Below are positions 1-9,680 of a stretch of DNA of 64,000 nt, piece by piece (the stretch's first letter is position 1; every line of letters begins with the position of its first letter). Location of the stretch: the NCBI GenBank assembly GCA_027484655.1, contig JAIXSM010000002.1, positions 18,249 to 82,248 on the forward strand. Direction: 5' to 3'. The position numbers and the translations under genes are program-made. This DNA comes from Hyphomicrobiales bacterium. Its GTDB lineage: Bacteria > Pseudomonadota > Alphaproteobacteria > Rhizobiales > Beijerinckiaceae. The notes below the pieces were generated by a model. It worked only from the letters and a program-made list of their open reading frames with translations. It was not told the origin of the DNA and made no database searches.

Positions 1-244
1 TCACGCCAAACGGCGTCTCCATGGCGCGCCCGCCCGCATATGGCTGGCCGCCGTCCCGCGTGTGGCAGGAGCCGCAACCGCCGAGCGCAGCCAGCGTCTC
101 TCCGCGCGCCAAAGTCTTGCGGCCGAAGTTCGCAGCGTCGCTTGAGGCGGCGATCTCCGGTTTCGTAATCGCAAACATTGCGCCTGCGACGCCGGCGAGC
201 GCTACAACGACAAGGATGAAAAGAAATGCGACCGCGCGCCTCAT
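1..244 (-). CDS. Membrane-anchored cytochrome c (dehydrogenase cytochrome subunit type), 5' part only, runs off the window edge
   Basis: Not in the ORF track. ATG at 244 after a GGAGG-type RBS gives MRRAVAFLFILVVVALAGVAGAMFAITKPE...LAALGGCGSCHTRDGGQPYAGGRAMETPFGV: hydrophobic N-terminus, CxxCH heme motif (76-62), GG..ETPFG motif. Confidence 0.85.
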   Translation of the reverse strand, partial: MRRAVAFLFILVVVALAGVAGAMFAITKPEIAASSDAANFGRKTLARGETLAALGGCGSCHTRDGGQPYAGGRAMETPFGV

Positions 245-365
245 GGGGCTCAATTCCTCCCTCTCTGCAGACTCCCGCGCCCTGGCGCGACGTTGCCATT
301 TTCTGCGGGGAGCTATAGCGTGTTGTCAGGGTCGCTGAAAAGACCCGACATCGAGGAAACGCTCC

Positions 366-827
366 ATGGCGATGACGCTGAACATCAACGGCGTGTCCCA
401 CTCAGTGGACATTGAGCCGGAAACCCCGCTCCTTTGGGTATTGCGGGACGCAATCGGCCTGACCGGAACCAAATACGGCTGCGGCATCTCCCGCTGCGGC
501 GCCTGCACCGTGCATGTGGACGGGCAACCCGTGAAATCCTGCCAGACAGCGGTTTCCGCCGCCGTGGGCAAGCAGGTCACAACCATCGAAGGCCTGTCGA
601 AAGACAACAACCATCCCGTCCAGCAGGCGTGGCGCGAGGTGGGCGTTCCCCAGTGCGGCTACTGCCAGTCTGGCCAGATCATGTCCGCTGCGGCGCTGTT
701 GCAGAAGTCGCCGAAGCCGACTGACCGGCAGATCGACGAAGCCATGGCGGGCAACTTGTGTCGCTGCGGCACCTACCAGCGCATCAAGGCCGGCATCCGC
801 CGCGCCTCGCAACTGTCCGGCGCGTGA
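366..827 (+). CDS. (2Fe-2S)-binding small subunit of an isoquinoline 1-oxidoreductase/aldehyde oxidoreductase family enzyme (IorA-like)
   Basis: [17 protein letters not shown] and QCGYCQSG...NLCRCGTY iron-sulfur motifs. Confidence 0.95.
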   Translation: MAMTLNINGVSHSVDIEPETPLLWVLRDAIGLTGTKYGCGISRCGACTVHVDGQPVKSCQTAVSAAVGKQVTTIEGLSKDNNHPVQQAWREVGVPQCGYCQSGQIMSAAALLQKSPKPTDRQIDEAMAGNLCRCGTYQRIKAGIRRASQLSGA

Positions 828-838
828 GGAGGCGAGCG

Positions 839-3025
839 ATGGTCGAGACAAATCTTTCACGCCGCAACTTCATCCGCACTTCGGTCGGCGCCGCCGGTGG
901 ATTGCTGCTGGGGTTCCATATTCCTGAGGCCGAGGCTGCGAAAACAGAATCGCGTCCGTGGACCACGCCCACAAAGGGCGTCGAGATCAATGCGTGGCTC
1001 TCCATTGGCGAGGACGGGACGGTGACGATCCGCGTGCCGCACACCGAGATGGGCCAGGGCGGCATGACATCTGTCGCGCTCATGATCGCTGAAGAGCTCG
1101 ATGTGGAGTGGTCGAAGATTCAGGCGGTGTTCGCGGATCCGAACAGGCACCTGCGCAACAACCGCGAGTACAAGGTGATGTCGACCCACGGCTCGCAGCT
1201 CGTGTGGTTGCAGCATCCGCATATCATGGGCGCTGGCGCCTCCGCGCGTGAGCGCCTGAAGGAGGCGGCTGCGCAGCGGTGGGGCGTGCCGCGCTCGGAA
1301 GTCACTGCGAAGCAGGGTGTTCTGCGCGCCGGCGCCCGCCAGGGAACCTACGCCGAGTTCGCGACCGCGGCTGCGGGCGTGAAGCTGACGGAAGAGCCCG
1401 CCATCAAGCAGGCGAAGGACTGGTGGCTGCTCGGCAAGGATGTGCTGCGCCTCGACATTCAGCACAAGACGAACGGCAGCGCGCAGTACGCGAGCGATAC
1501 GCGTCTGCCGGGCATGGTCTACGCCGCCGTGCGCGCGTGCCCTGTGCCGTGGGGCAAGCTCAAGAGCTTCAACGCTGAGGCGATCAAGAATCGTCCCGGT
1601 GTGGTTGGGGCGTTCGACTTGCGCGCGGTTGAGGGCAAGCGCGGACAGCCTGATCTCCAGGATTGCGTCGCCGTTGTCGCCGACTCCTGGTATCGCGCCA
1701 AGACAGCGCTCGACCTGCTCCCCATCGAGTGGGATTTCGGCGACGCCGCCAAAGTCTCCAACGCCTCACTTTCGGCCGAAGCGAAGAAGGCCCTTGGAGA
1801 GAAGGGACTTCTCACCAAGGACGATCCGAAGGCGCTGGAGACGATCGCTGCCTCGAAGAAGGTCGTCACCGCTGATTACGAGCGTCCCTTCGAGGCGCAT
1901 CTGCGCATGGAGCCGATCAACGCGACGGTGCATGTGCAGGATGATCGCGTCGATGTGTGGTCGCCCACGCAGGATCAGTCCGCCGCTATTCTTCTGGTCG
2001 CCGACCAGCTTGGTCTCGATCCGAAGAATGTCTACGCCCACACCATGTTCCTTGGCGGCGGGTTCGGCGGCAACGGCGCCGGCGGCACAGGCGTTACGCG
2101 TCAGGCGGCTGAACTTTCGAAGCGCCTCAAGCGGCCCGTGAAGGTGCTCTGGAGCCGCGAGGAAGACGTGGCGCAGGACAAGCAACGGCCCATGGCCGCT
2201 GCGCGTCTCACAGCGTCCATCGGCGCCAACGGCCTGCCCGAAGCCATCAGCACACGCGCGCTCTGGTTCGCCATCGACAAGATGAACCAGATCGGGCCTG
2301 CGACGGCGGATTATGGCATCCGCAACATGCCCTACAATATTCCGTTGCGGCACCACGAGCGTCACAACCTCGCCACCCACGTGCCGAGTTCGACGCACCG
2401 CGCGCCGGGCGCCAACCAGACCGGCTTCATGACGGAGGTCTTCGCCGACGAGATGGCGCTGGCCGGCGGCTGGAACCCGCTCGACTGGCGCATCGAGATG
2501 ACGAAGGACAAGGACGACTGGCAGCGCGTGCTGAAGACGCTCAAGGAGAAGGCCGGCTATCGCACCGACCTTCGCCGCGGCGAGGGCATGGGCGTTGCAG
2601 TCGTTGCGTGTCATGGCACCATTGCAGCCGCTTGCGCGTCTGTGACGGTCAGCCGTCGCGGCCAGCTCGCGGTTGAGAAGATCGTGATCGTCGTCGACTG
2701 CGGCCACGTCATCAACCCGCGCGGCGCCACCGAGCAGATCGAGGGCGCAGCATGCTACGAACTCTCGCATGCATGGTTCGGCGGGCTTGAGATGCGGGAG
2801 GGTCGCTTCGTCAACACGAACTTCGACTCCCAAAATCTCCTGCGCATCGATCAGGCGCCGGAGATTGAGTCGCACTTCGCGCTCACGGGCGGCAAAAAGT
2901 GGGGCGGCATGGGCGAGCCCGCTGGTCCGCCGGTGCCTCCTGCGGTGGCCAACGCGATCTTCGCGGCGACCGGCAAGCGCATCCGCTCGACGCCGTTCCG
3001 GCTGCATGATCTCAGCTGGGCTTGA
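839..3025 (+). CDS. Molybdopterin-binding large subunit, xanthine dehydrogenase family (IorB-like), Tat signal
   Basis: ATG at 839 after GAGGAGG; SRRNFI twin-arginine motif, EMGQG, GGGFGG and GMGEP motifs; operonic with the 2Fe-2S subunit. Confidence 0.92.
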   Translation: MVETNLSRRNFIRTSVGAAGGLLLGFHIPEAEAAKTESRPWTTPTKGVEINAWLSIGEDGTVTIRVPHTEMGQGGMTSVALMIAEELDVEWSKIQAVFADPNRHLRNNREYKVMSTHGSQLVWLQHPHIMGAGASARERLKEAAAQRWGVPRSEVTAKQGVLRAGARQGTYAEFATAAAGVKLTEEPAIKQAKDWWLLGKDVLRLDIQHKTNGSAQYASDTRLPGMVYAAVRACPVPWGKLKSFNAEAIKNRPGVVGAFDLRAVEGKRGQPDLQDCVAVVADSWYRAKTALDLLPIEWDFGDAAKVSNASLSAEAKKALGEKGLLTKDDPKALETIAASKKVVTADYERPFEAHLRMEPINATVHVQDDRVDVWSPTQDQSAAILLVADQLGLDPKNVYAHTMFLGGGFGGNGAGGTGVTRQAAELSKRLKRPVKVLWSREEDVAQDKQRPMAAARLTASIGANGLPEAISTRALWFAIDKMNQIGPATADYGIRNMPYNIPLRHHERHNLATHVPSSTHRAPGANQTGFMTEVFADEMALAGGWNPLDWRIEMTKDKDDWQRVLKTLKEKAGYRTDLRRGEGMGVAVVACHGTIAAACASVTVSRRGQLAVEKIVIVVDCGHVINPRGATEQIEGAACYELSHAWFGGLEMREGRFVNTNFDSQNLLRIDQAPEIESHFALTGGKKWGGMGEPAGPPVPPAVANAIFAATGKRIRSTPFRLHDLSWA

Positions 3026-3060
3026 GCGCGCAAAACACCAACGAGAGACACCATGAAACA

Positions 3061-3096
3061 CGCCGCGCGAGCCAATCGCGCGGCGTTGTCATTTTT
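3061..3096 (+). terminator. Probable intrinsic terminator of the iorAB-like operon
   Basis: Perfect 10-bp stem CGCCGCGCGA/TCGCGCGGCG with 5-nt loop, followed by TTGTCATTTTT. Confidence 0.6.
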
Positions 3097-3132
3097 GGGC
3101 CGATGGTTTGCAGGAAGCGCACTGGTGCGCGA

Positions 3133-3154
3133 CCGTAAACGAAGTGTCATAAAA
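3133..3154 (+). promoter_or_regulatory. Possible Pho box upstream of phoX
   Basis: CCGTAAA-CGAA-GTGTCAT-AAAA, 11-bp period; second half-site close to CTGTCATAAAA, first half-site weak (4/7). Confidence 0.4.
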
Positions 3155-3217
3155 CGCGGGTAGGCACGCGACGCGGCGCGGGCTTTCCCGGATCGGCCGC
3201 TGATGAGGAGCCTCCCC

Positions 3218-5242
3218 ATGAGCGCCTACGAGCATGACTATCCCGATCACACGGCCACGCCGGGCTATGCGCACGGGGACGAGCCGCCCTGCAACGCCTC
3301 TTCAAATCCCACCTTCTACGATGTGGTGGACGCGCGCGCGTCCCGTCGCGGGTTCCTGCTCGGCGGTCTCGCTGCGGCGGTGACCGGAGTTTTCGCGGCT
3401 GGCGCAGGCTCGCAAGCGCGCGCGCAGGGCGCCGCGCAAAAGCCGTCTCTCATGGGCTTCAAGCCGGTGAAGGTGAGTGTCGCCGATACGGTGACTGTGC
3501 CGGAAGGCTATCGCGTGCAGGTGCTTGGCGCCTGGGGTGAGCCGATCACCGGCGCCATGCCTGCATTCCGGCCCGGCCTCAACACCGCGGCCGAGCAGGG
3601 CCAGCAGATCGGCATGCACCACGACGGCATGCATTTCTTTGCGATTGACGGCTCTTCGACGGATGGACTCATCGTCGTGAACCATGAGTACGTCGAGCCG
3701 CGCTTTTTGCACGCCGCCGCCAAGGGCAAGGAGCTGAACTCCGAAGCCTTCGTGCTGACGAATGGCGCGCGCGATGCGGAAGAGGTCGCCAAGGAACTCG
3801 CGGCCCAGGGCGTGGCCGTGTATCGCACGCGCCGTGGGGCTGACGGCCGTTGGAGCGTCGTCGCTGACCCGCGCAACCGGCGCATCACAGGCGCAACGCG
3901 CATCGAGTTTTCCGGGCCCGTGCGCGGCTCGGCGCACCTTGTGACGAAGTACAGCACGGATGGCGTCGCCACGCGCGGAACGCTGAACAACTGCGCCCAT
4001 GGCGTGACGCCCTGGAACACCTTCATGACGGCCGAGGAAAACTGGGCCGGCTACTTCCGCAACGCGGAGAAAATGCCGCGTGAGCAATCCCGCTACGGCG
4101 TGAGCCCGAAGCAGGGCCGCTATGGCTGGGAGCTGGCCGCAGGCGGCGCTGACGAGTTCGCCCGTTTCGATGCCACACCGAAGGGCGCGAGCGCGCGCGA
4201 AGATTACCGCAACGAGCCGAACGGCTTTGGCTGGATGGTCGAGATCGATCCGTTCAACCCGCAGTCCGTGCCTGTCAAGCGCACGCATCTGGGCCGCTTC
4301 GCCCACGAAGGCGTTGTGTTCGCCCCCGCCCAGCAGGGCAAGCCGGTGGTTTGTTATTCCGGCGACGACGCGCGCTTCGAGTACATTTACAAGTTCGTCT
4401 CCGCCAAGCCCTTCGATGCGAAGACCGCAAGCGGCGCGCTGCTTGATGAGGGCACTCTTTACGCAGCGAAGTTCAACGCGGATGGTTCGGGTGAGTGGCT
4501 CGCGCTGGCGCCCGGCCAGAATGGGCTCACCCCCGAAAACGGCTTCGCCAATCTGGCCGACATTCTCATCAACACCCGTCTCGCCGCCGACCGCGCCGGC
4601 GCCACAAAGATGGATCGTCCCGAGTGGGGCGCGGTGCATCCGGCCAATGGCGAAGTGTACTTCACGCTCACCAACAACACCGCGCGCACGCAAGCGCAGG
4701 TCGATCCGGCGAACCCGCGCGCGCAGAACCAGTTCGGCCAGATTGTGCGCTGGCGTGAGGATGGCGACGATCACGGCGCCACGAAGTTCCGTTGGGAGCT
4801 TTTTGTGATCGCCGGCAACCGCGCCACCAGCCGCACCTTCGCGGGACAGGCTCTGGGTGAGGACAACATCTTCGCTTGTCCCGATGGGCTCTGGTTTGAC
4901 GGCGCCGGTCGCTTGTGGATCCAGACCGACATCGGCGAAAGCGAGCAAAACCGCGGCGCCGTTGAGCCGATGGGCAACAACCAGATGCTCTGCGCCGATC
5001 CTGCAACGGGTGAAATCCGCCGCTTCCTCACGGGGCCTTCGGGTCAGGAGATCACCGGCGTCATCACCACGCCGGACATGCGCACGATGTTTGTGGGCGT
5101 GCAGCATCCCGGCGCAACAACCTCGCCGAAGGATTTTGCGGTGGGCAAGTTGACCTCGCATTGGCCGGATGGTCAGGGCGCGATCCCGCGCTCGGCCACG
5201 CTCGTCATCACGCGCGAGGATGGCGGCGTCATCGGCGCGTGA
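3218..5242 (+). CDS. phoX: PhoX-family alkaline phosphatase (DUF839), Tat-exported
   Basis: SRRGFLLGG Tat motif; HHDGMHFF, VNHEY, NNCAHG.TPW.T..T.EEN, GRFAHE, MDRPEW, CPDGL, QHPG motifs. Confidence 0.92.
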   Translation: MSAYEHDYPDHTATPGYAHGDEPPCNASSNPTFYDVVDARASRRGFLLGGLAAAVTGVFAAGAGSQARAQGAAQKPSLMGFKPVKVSVADTVTVPEGYRVQVLGAWGEPITGAMPAFRPGLNTAAEQGQQIGMHHDGMHFFAIDGSSTDGLIVVNHEYVEPRFLHAAAKGKELNSEAFVLTNGARDAEEVAKELAAQGVAVYRTRRGADGRWSVVADPRNRRITGATRIEFSGPVRGSAHLVTKYSTDGVATRGTLNNCAHGVTPWNTFMTAEENWAGYFRNAEKMPREQSRYGVSPKQGRYGWELAAGGADEFARFDATPKGASAREDYRNEPNGFGWMVEIDPFNPQSVPVKRTHLGRFAHEGVVFAPAQQGKPVVCYSGDDARFEYIYKFVSAKPFDAKTASGALLDEGTLYAAKFNADGSGEWLALAPGQNGLTPENGFANLADILINTRLAADRAGATKMDRPEWGAVHPANGEVYFTLTNNTARTQAQVDPANPRAQNQFGQIVRWREDGDDHGATKFRWELFVIAGNRATSRTFAGQALGEDNIFACPDGLWFDGAGRLWIQTDIGESEQNRGAVEPMGNNQMLCADPATGEIRRFLTGPSGQEITGVITTPDMRTMFVGVQHPGATTSPKDFAVGKLTSHWPDGQGAIPRSATLVITREDGGVIGA

Positions 5243-5262
5243 TGCGCATCGACTGAGCAAGA

Positions 5263-5296
5263 GACAGGGAGGGGGATAAGCGCCCCCTCGCCTGTC
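5263..5296. terminator. Hairpin after phoX, possible terminator
   Basis: GACAGG-GAGGGGG ... CCCCCTC-G-CCTGTC inverted repeat; no clear U-tract. Confidence 0.35.
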
Positions 5297-5460
5297 CACC
5301 GTTCTTCTGTCGCCGCTGTACCGCGCGCGCGGTCAGATTGCGCGCCTCGCATTGCGCCGCCGTCCCATGGAAGCGCGCGGGCGCCCACAAATCCGCCTTG
5401 CGCGGCCTCTCGCCCCTTGCGACATTTCAAATCGTGAAAATCAGTCGCGGGAGCGGGGCC

Positions 5461-6222
5461 ATGGCGCGTGTTTGGGATCCTTATTTGACAGCTTCCGACA
5501 GGGAGCATCTGGCCGTTTCCCGCGACCGGCGCGTCGGCTTTGGCCGCAAGCCCGCGCTGCTTCTCGTCGATCTGTACAGGGCCGTGTTCGGGGACAAGCC
5601 CGAGCCCCTGATGGAGGCCATCAAGACGTGGCCATCGAGTTGCGGCATGGCGGGCTGGAACGCGCTGCCGCATATCCAGAAGCTGCTCGCAGGCGCGCGC
5701 GCGGCGCAGATCCCCGTGATCCACATCACCATGCTCGCCGACTCCGGCATGCTCGGCTGGTACGACGCAGCCCACCGTGACAGCGGCGGCCGTGGATCTG
5801 TTGGCCGGTCGCTCGCCGCCGACCTAGATGCAGCGGCTCTTGACCGTAAGAAGCGCGCGGCTGACATCGTTGACGAGGTGGCCCCTGTTCCCGGCGAAGT
5901 CGTGCTGAAAAAGACTGCGCCAAGCGCGTTCTGGGGCACGCCTCTCGCTGGCCACCTGACGTTCCATGGCATTGATACGCTGATTGTGGCGGGCGAGGCG
6001 ACAAGCGGCTGCGTGCGCGCCTCTGTCGTTGAAGCGGCATCTCACCGCTATCGCGTGCAGGTGGTTGAGGAGTGTTGCTTCGATCGCCACGAGGCGACCC
6101 ACGCGATGAACCTCTTCGACATGCATCAAAAGTACGCTGACGTGATCCCGGTGGCGGATGCGCTTGCGTATCTGGCGAAGTTTGCGGAGCCGGCTCCTGC
6201 GCTGACGCCCGTTACGGCGTGA
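5461..6222 (+). CDS. Isochorismatase-family cysteine hydrolase (maleamate/N-carbamoylsarcosine amidase-like)
   Basis: Asp-Lys-Cys triad in ALLLVD, KTAPSAF, GEATSGCVRASVVEA; start at ATG 5461. Confidence 0.88.
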   Translation: MARVWDPYLTASDREHLAVSRDRRVGFGRKPALLLVDLYRAVFGDKPEPLMEAIKTWPSSCGMAGWNALPHIQKLLAGARAAQIPVIHITMLADSGMLGWYDAAHRDSGGRGSVGRSLAADLDAAALDRKKRAADIVDEVAPVPGEVVLKKTAPSAFWGTPLAGHLTFHGIDTLIVAGEATSGCVRASVVEAASHRYRVQVVEECCFDRHEATHAMNLFDMHQKYADVIPVADALAYLAKFAEPAPALTPVTA

Positions 6223-6275
6223 GCTACGCGCGCGCTGCGCTCCGGCCCAATGAACAATTTGTGATCGGGAGCTGG

Positions 6276-6294
6276 TTTACTTTCCGTTAACCAT
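6276..6294 (+). promoter_or_regulatory. CtrA-like binding site
   Basis: TTTA-CTTTCCG-TTAACCAT: one mismatch to TTAA-N7-TTAAC and contains the TTAACCAT half-site. Confidence 0.45.
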
Positions 6295-6348
6295 TTGGTT
6301 GGAACGGTTCTTGCTGGGATTGAGGCGGCGCTAACCCGGAGGTTCATC

Positions 6349-6438
6349 ATGCGTGGTGACGATGTCGTCGTGCTTAGTACAGCTCTGATGGGCGTGTTTC
6401 TCTCCGTCTGGTTCCTCGTCCAGACGGTCGAGCTGTAG
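6349..6438 (+). CDS. Putative 29-aa single-pass membrane peptide
   Basis: GGAGG RBS at 6338-6342; MRGDDVVVLSTALMGVFLSVWFLVQTVEL*; below the ORF-track length cutoff. Confidence 0.55.
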   Translation: MRGDDVVVLSTALMGVFLSVWFLVQTVEL

Positions 6439-6457
6439 GAACGGTGGTGGGGGGCGT

Positions 6458-7408
6458 TCAGGCGCCCCCACTCGCTGCTGCGGCTGCGCGCGTCGCCTGC
6501 ACGTGCAATCGCTCAAAATCCTCCCGCCGGCACAGGTCCGAGCCGGGCGTGAGAACCGCCGCTGTGCCTGCGGCGAGACCCATCACGAAGGCCTCCCGGG
6601 CGCTGCGGCCGGTTGCAAGCCCCAGCGTCATGGCCGCAACGAAACTGTCTCCCGCGCCAACGGCGCTGCGGGCCTCCACGGGTAGGGCCGGCAGCCGGAA
6701 AGCTCCGTCGCCATCGACCAGCACGGCTCCCTCATGTCCCAGCGTAATCGCCAGCAGGGTGACTTTTCCCGACGCCACAAGCGCTGCCGCTTCGCGCTCA
6801 AGTTCACCGGGTTCGAGCTTGCGGCCGACAAGCGATTCGAACTCGCCCTGGCTTGGTTTGCACAAAAACACGCCACCGCCTGCCAGCGTTTCGCGCAGGG
6901 CGTCTCCGGACGTATCGAGCACAAACCGGGCGCCCTTCGCGCGGGCCTGCGCGCCCACTGTCGCGTAAAAGCCGGCGTCGAGCCCGCGGGGGAGGCTGCC
7001 GCTCGCCACCAGCCAGTCGCAATCCGGGTGCGCGAGCGTCTCCAGGCAACGCTGCGCTTCGTCCGGCGCGATGCGCGGCCCCTCGGGCACGAAGCGGAAC
7101 TCAAGGCCGCTTGAGGTTTCGAAAACAGTCTGGCTGATCCGTGTGTGACCCTTGATGGGCACGACCGTCCGCGGCACCGCGCGTCGCTCCAGCAGCGCGT
7201 CCAGCACGGGGCCAGTGGCGCCCCCGGCGAGGTAGATCGCCAGCGTCTCGCCGCCCAGCTCCCGCACAACGCGGCTGACGTTGATGCCGCCGCCGCCGGG
7301 ATCAAAGCGCTCGTTGCGCGTGCGCACCTTGTGAATGGGGCGCACCACGTCGGCCTCGCTTGCGCCATCGATGGTCGGATTGAGAGTGAGTGTGACGATG
7401 GGCTTCAT
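6458..7408 (-). CDS. 1-phosphofructokinase-family (PfkB) hexose kinase
   Basis: IVTLTLNPTID, PGGGGINV, ASGSLP, KP..GE and SAVGAGDSF motifs; start MKPIV at 7408. Confidence 0.92.
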   Translation of the reverse strand: MKPIVTLTLNPTIDGASEADVVRPIHKVRTRNERFDPGGGGINVSRVVRELGGETLAIYLAGGATGPVLDALLERRAVPRTVVPIKGHTRISQTVFETSSGLEFRFVPEGPRIAPDEAQRCLETLAHPDCDWLVASGSLPRGLDAGFYATVGAQARAKGARFVLDTSGDALRETLAGGGVFLCKPSQGEFESLVGRKLEPGELEREAAALVASGKVTLLAITLGHEGAVLVDGDGAFRLPALPVEARSAVGAGDSFVAAMTLGLATGRSAREAFVMGLAAGTAAVLTPGSDLCRREDFERLHVQATRAAAAASGGA

Positions 7409-7662
7409 CGGCGCTCCGCAGGCTTGCAACGTGGGCGGGACTTGAGCCCGATCCCGGTCCGCGCGCAAGCCTCGTCTGCTTATGCGTGCGCCCGAGTTCG
7501 CCAGTCCGCAGGCGCCTTCGACATCCACCAGCGGCTCGGCTAGTTTCGCGACAGGCCTTTGTCCAACGCGAACGCATCCATGTGTTGTCCGCGCTGGCCG
7601 CGCCTGCGTTCATGCGGTCCATGGCTCGGGCGTTCGCCGGGCGAAAGGTTTAGTCCAAAAAA

Positions 7663-8910
7663 ATGGCGGCGCCGGATCTGAAACCGCGACCTCGCGTGCT
7701 GAGCGTGTGGGGTCATCGCAACTTCACAATTTTTATGGTCGGGCTGACGCCTGCTGCGATCTCCTCCTGGATGCAGCGGGTGGGCGTCGGTTGGCTGACG
7801 TGGGAGTTGACCGGATCCACGGTCTGGCTTGGAATCATCGCAGCAGCTGATCTCGTGCCGATCCTTCTGCTGTCGCCGCTTGCGGGGGCTGTGACGGATC
7901 GCATGTCGTCGTTGCGCCTGATCCGCGTGACGCAATGGATGCAGTTCATCCACGCGGCTGCGCTGGCGGCGCTGACTTACGCCGGGCTCATGAGTGTGAC
8001 CCTGCTGCTTGCGCTCACCCTGGCGCTGGGCGTCGTCCACGCGTTCTCCACTGCGGCGCGCCATGCGTTTGTGCCGCTCACGGTGCCGCGCAGCGAGGTG
8101 CCGACCGCGGTCTCCCTTGACTCAGCGTTCTTTCAGGCGAGCCGGTTCATCGGCCCGGCCATCGCCGCGCTTGTCATCCCCGTGTGGGGCGTTTTTGGCG
8201 CGTTTCTCGCGCACGCCATCGGCACATTTGTGTTCGCGGGACTCATGCACATGATGACAGAGCCTTCAGGGGAGGCGCTGCGTCACCGGTCACGCAAGCT
8301 GCTCGGCGATGTGAAAGAAGCGTACAGCTACGTGCGTTCTCACGCGGGCATCTGGCCGCTCATGATTATGTTGGCGGCCGCATCGGTGTGCGTCCGGCCC
8401 TTGCAGGACATGCTGCCGGGTTTTGCTGGCGAGGTGTATGGCTCGGGCGCTTCAGGCCTTGCCTGGCTCACTTCAGCCATGGGCGTGGGCGCGATGGTCA
8501 GCGCCGCGTGGGTCGCGGTGCACGGGCGCACAAGCGGGCTCACCAACGTCTGTTTTATTGGCACGGCCCTGTCCAGCGTGTCGCTGATCGGACTTGTGGC
8601 GACCGACTGGTTTCCGCTCGGGCTGGCTTTCGCCGCGGTGTCTGGCTACGCGCTCAACAATCTCTCAACGAGCGTGCAGGCGCTTGTGCAAACCTCCGTC
8701 GAGGATCAACTGCGCGGGCGCGTGATGAGCCTTTACACGCTCATTTATCGCGGGCTGCCGGCCGCAGGCGCGCTGGTGTTTGGCGTCGCCGCCGAGTTCA
8801 TCGGCCTGCGCTGGACCTTCGCCCTGGCGGGCGTGGCCTGCTTCGTGGCGCTCGCAGCCCTAGCCTCCCAGCGCGCCGCGATGATCGCCTCGCTGGAGAG
8901 GCGCCACTGA
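7663..8910 (+). CDS. MFS transporter (EntS/H+ antiporter-like)
   Basis: About 12 hydrophobic segments, GAVTDRMS motif A, LRGRVMSLY. Confidence 0.9.
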   Translation: MAAPDLKPRPRVLSVWGHRNFTIFMVGLTPAAISSWMQRVGVGWLTWELTGSTVWLGIIAAADLVPILLLSPLAGAVTDRMSSLRLIRVTQWMQFIHAAALAALTYAGLMSVTLLLALTLALGVVHAFSTAARHAFVPLTVPRSEVPTAVSLDSAFFQASRFIGPAIAALVIPVWGVFGAFLAHAIGTFVFAGLMHMMTEPSGEALRHRSRKLLGDVKEAYSYVRSHAGIWPLMIMLAAASVCVRPLQDMLPGFAGEVYGSGASGLAWLTSAMGVGAMVSAAWVAVHGRTSGLTNVCFIGTALSSVSLIGLVATDWFPLGLAFAAVSGYALNNLSTSVQALVQTSVEDQLRGRVMSLYTLIYRGLPAAGALVFGVAAEFIGLRWTFALAGVACFVALAALASQRAAMIASLERRH

Positions 8911-8981
8911 GTTGACCCCACAGCGCGCGCGACTATCCTCGCGCCAACCGTGAACGCAGCCAAAGAGGGCGGAAACATCTC

Positions 8982-9614
8982 ATGAAACTCATCGGATACT
9001 TCAGAAGCGGCGCTTCTTATCGCGTGCGCATCGCGCTGAACCTCAAGGGGATCGGCGTCGAGCACGCGTTCAAGCACTTGCGCAAGGGCGAGCACAAGGA
9101 GTCCGACTACCTCGAGGTGAACCCGCAGGGCCTCGTGCCGACGCTGTTTACCGACGAAGGGCAGGCGCTCACCCAGTCCATCGCCATTCTCGAATGGCTG
9201 GAGGAGACCCACCCCGCGCCGGCCATGCTGCCGAAGGATCCCATCGCCCGGGCTCGCGTGCGCGCCTTCGCGCTGGCCATCGCGTGCGACGTGCATCCGG
9301 TGCAGAACCTTGGCGTCCTCAACAAGCTGAAGGCGTATGGCCTCGATGAGGCGAAGGCCAACCAGTGGGCGAAGGAGGTCAATTTCGACGGCCTCGCCGC
9401 CTGCGAAAGCCTGATCGCGAAAGAGCCGGGGCCGTTCTGCTTTGGCGACCAGCCGACGATGGCGGACATCTGCCTCGTGCCGCAGCTTGTGAACGCGCGG
9501 CGCTTCGGCGCTGACGTTTCAGCGTTCCCGCGGCTTCTGCAGGCTGAAGCGGCGTGCCTGGCCCACCCGGCGTTCGCCGCGGCGGCGCCGGAAAAGCAGC
9601 CGGACGCTGAGTAA
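8982..9614 (+). CDS. maiA: GST-zeta maleylacetoacetate/maleylpyruvate isomerase
   Basis: YFRSGASYRVRIALNLKG, NPQGLVP, LTQSIAILEWL, CDVHPVQN. Confidence 0.92.
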   Translation: MKLIGYFRSGASYRVRIALNLKGIGVEHAFKHLRKGEHKESDYLEVNPQGLVPTLFTDEGQALTQSIAILEWLEETHPAPAMLPKDPIARARVRAFALAIACDVHPVQNLGVLNKLKAYGLDEAKANQWAKEVNFDGLAACESLIAKEPGPFCFGDQPTMADICLVPQLVNARRFGADVSAFPRLLQAEAACLAHPAFAAAAPEKQPDAE

Positions 9615-9644
9615 CAAATTTTGCACAAAAAGTTTGCCGCGGCT

Positions 9645-9674
9645 CTTGCAGAAATTCGCGGCCGACATCAAATT
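9645..9674 (+). promoter_or_regulatory. Putative sigma70 promoter for an intergenic RNA
   Basis: CTTGCAG -35, 17-nt spacer, CAAATT -10; no credible coding gene downstream on this strand. Confidence 0.4.
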
Positions 9675-9680
9675 GAGATC

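Noticed and set aside
21-338. 105-aa plus-strand ORF
   Set aside because: Shadow of the minus-strand cytochrome c gene, which carries a CxxCH motif and RBS.
3053-3163. 36-aa ORF MKHAARANRAALSFLGRW... between iorB and phoX
   Set aside because: It runs through the terminator hairpin and the putative Pho box and has no recognisable features.
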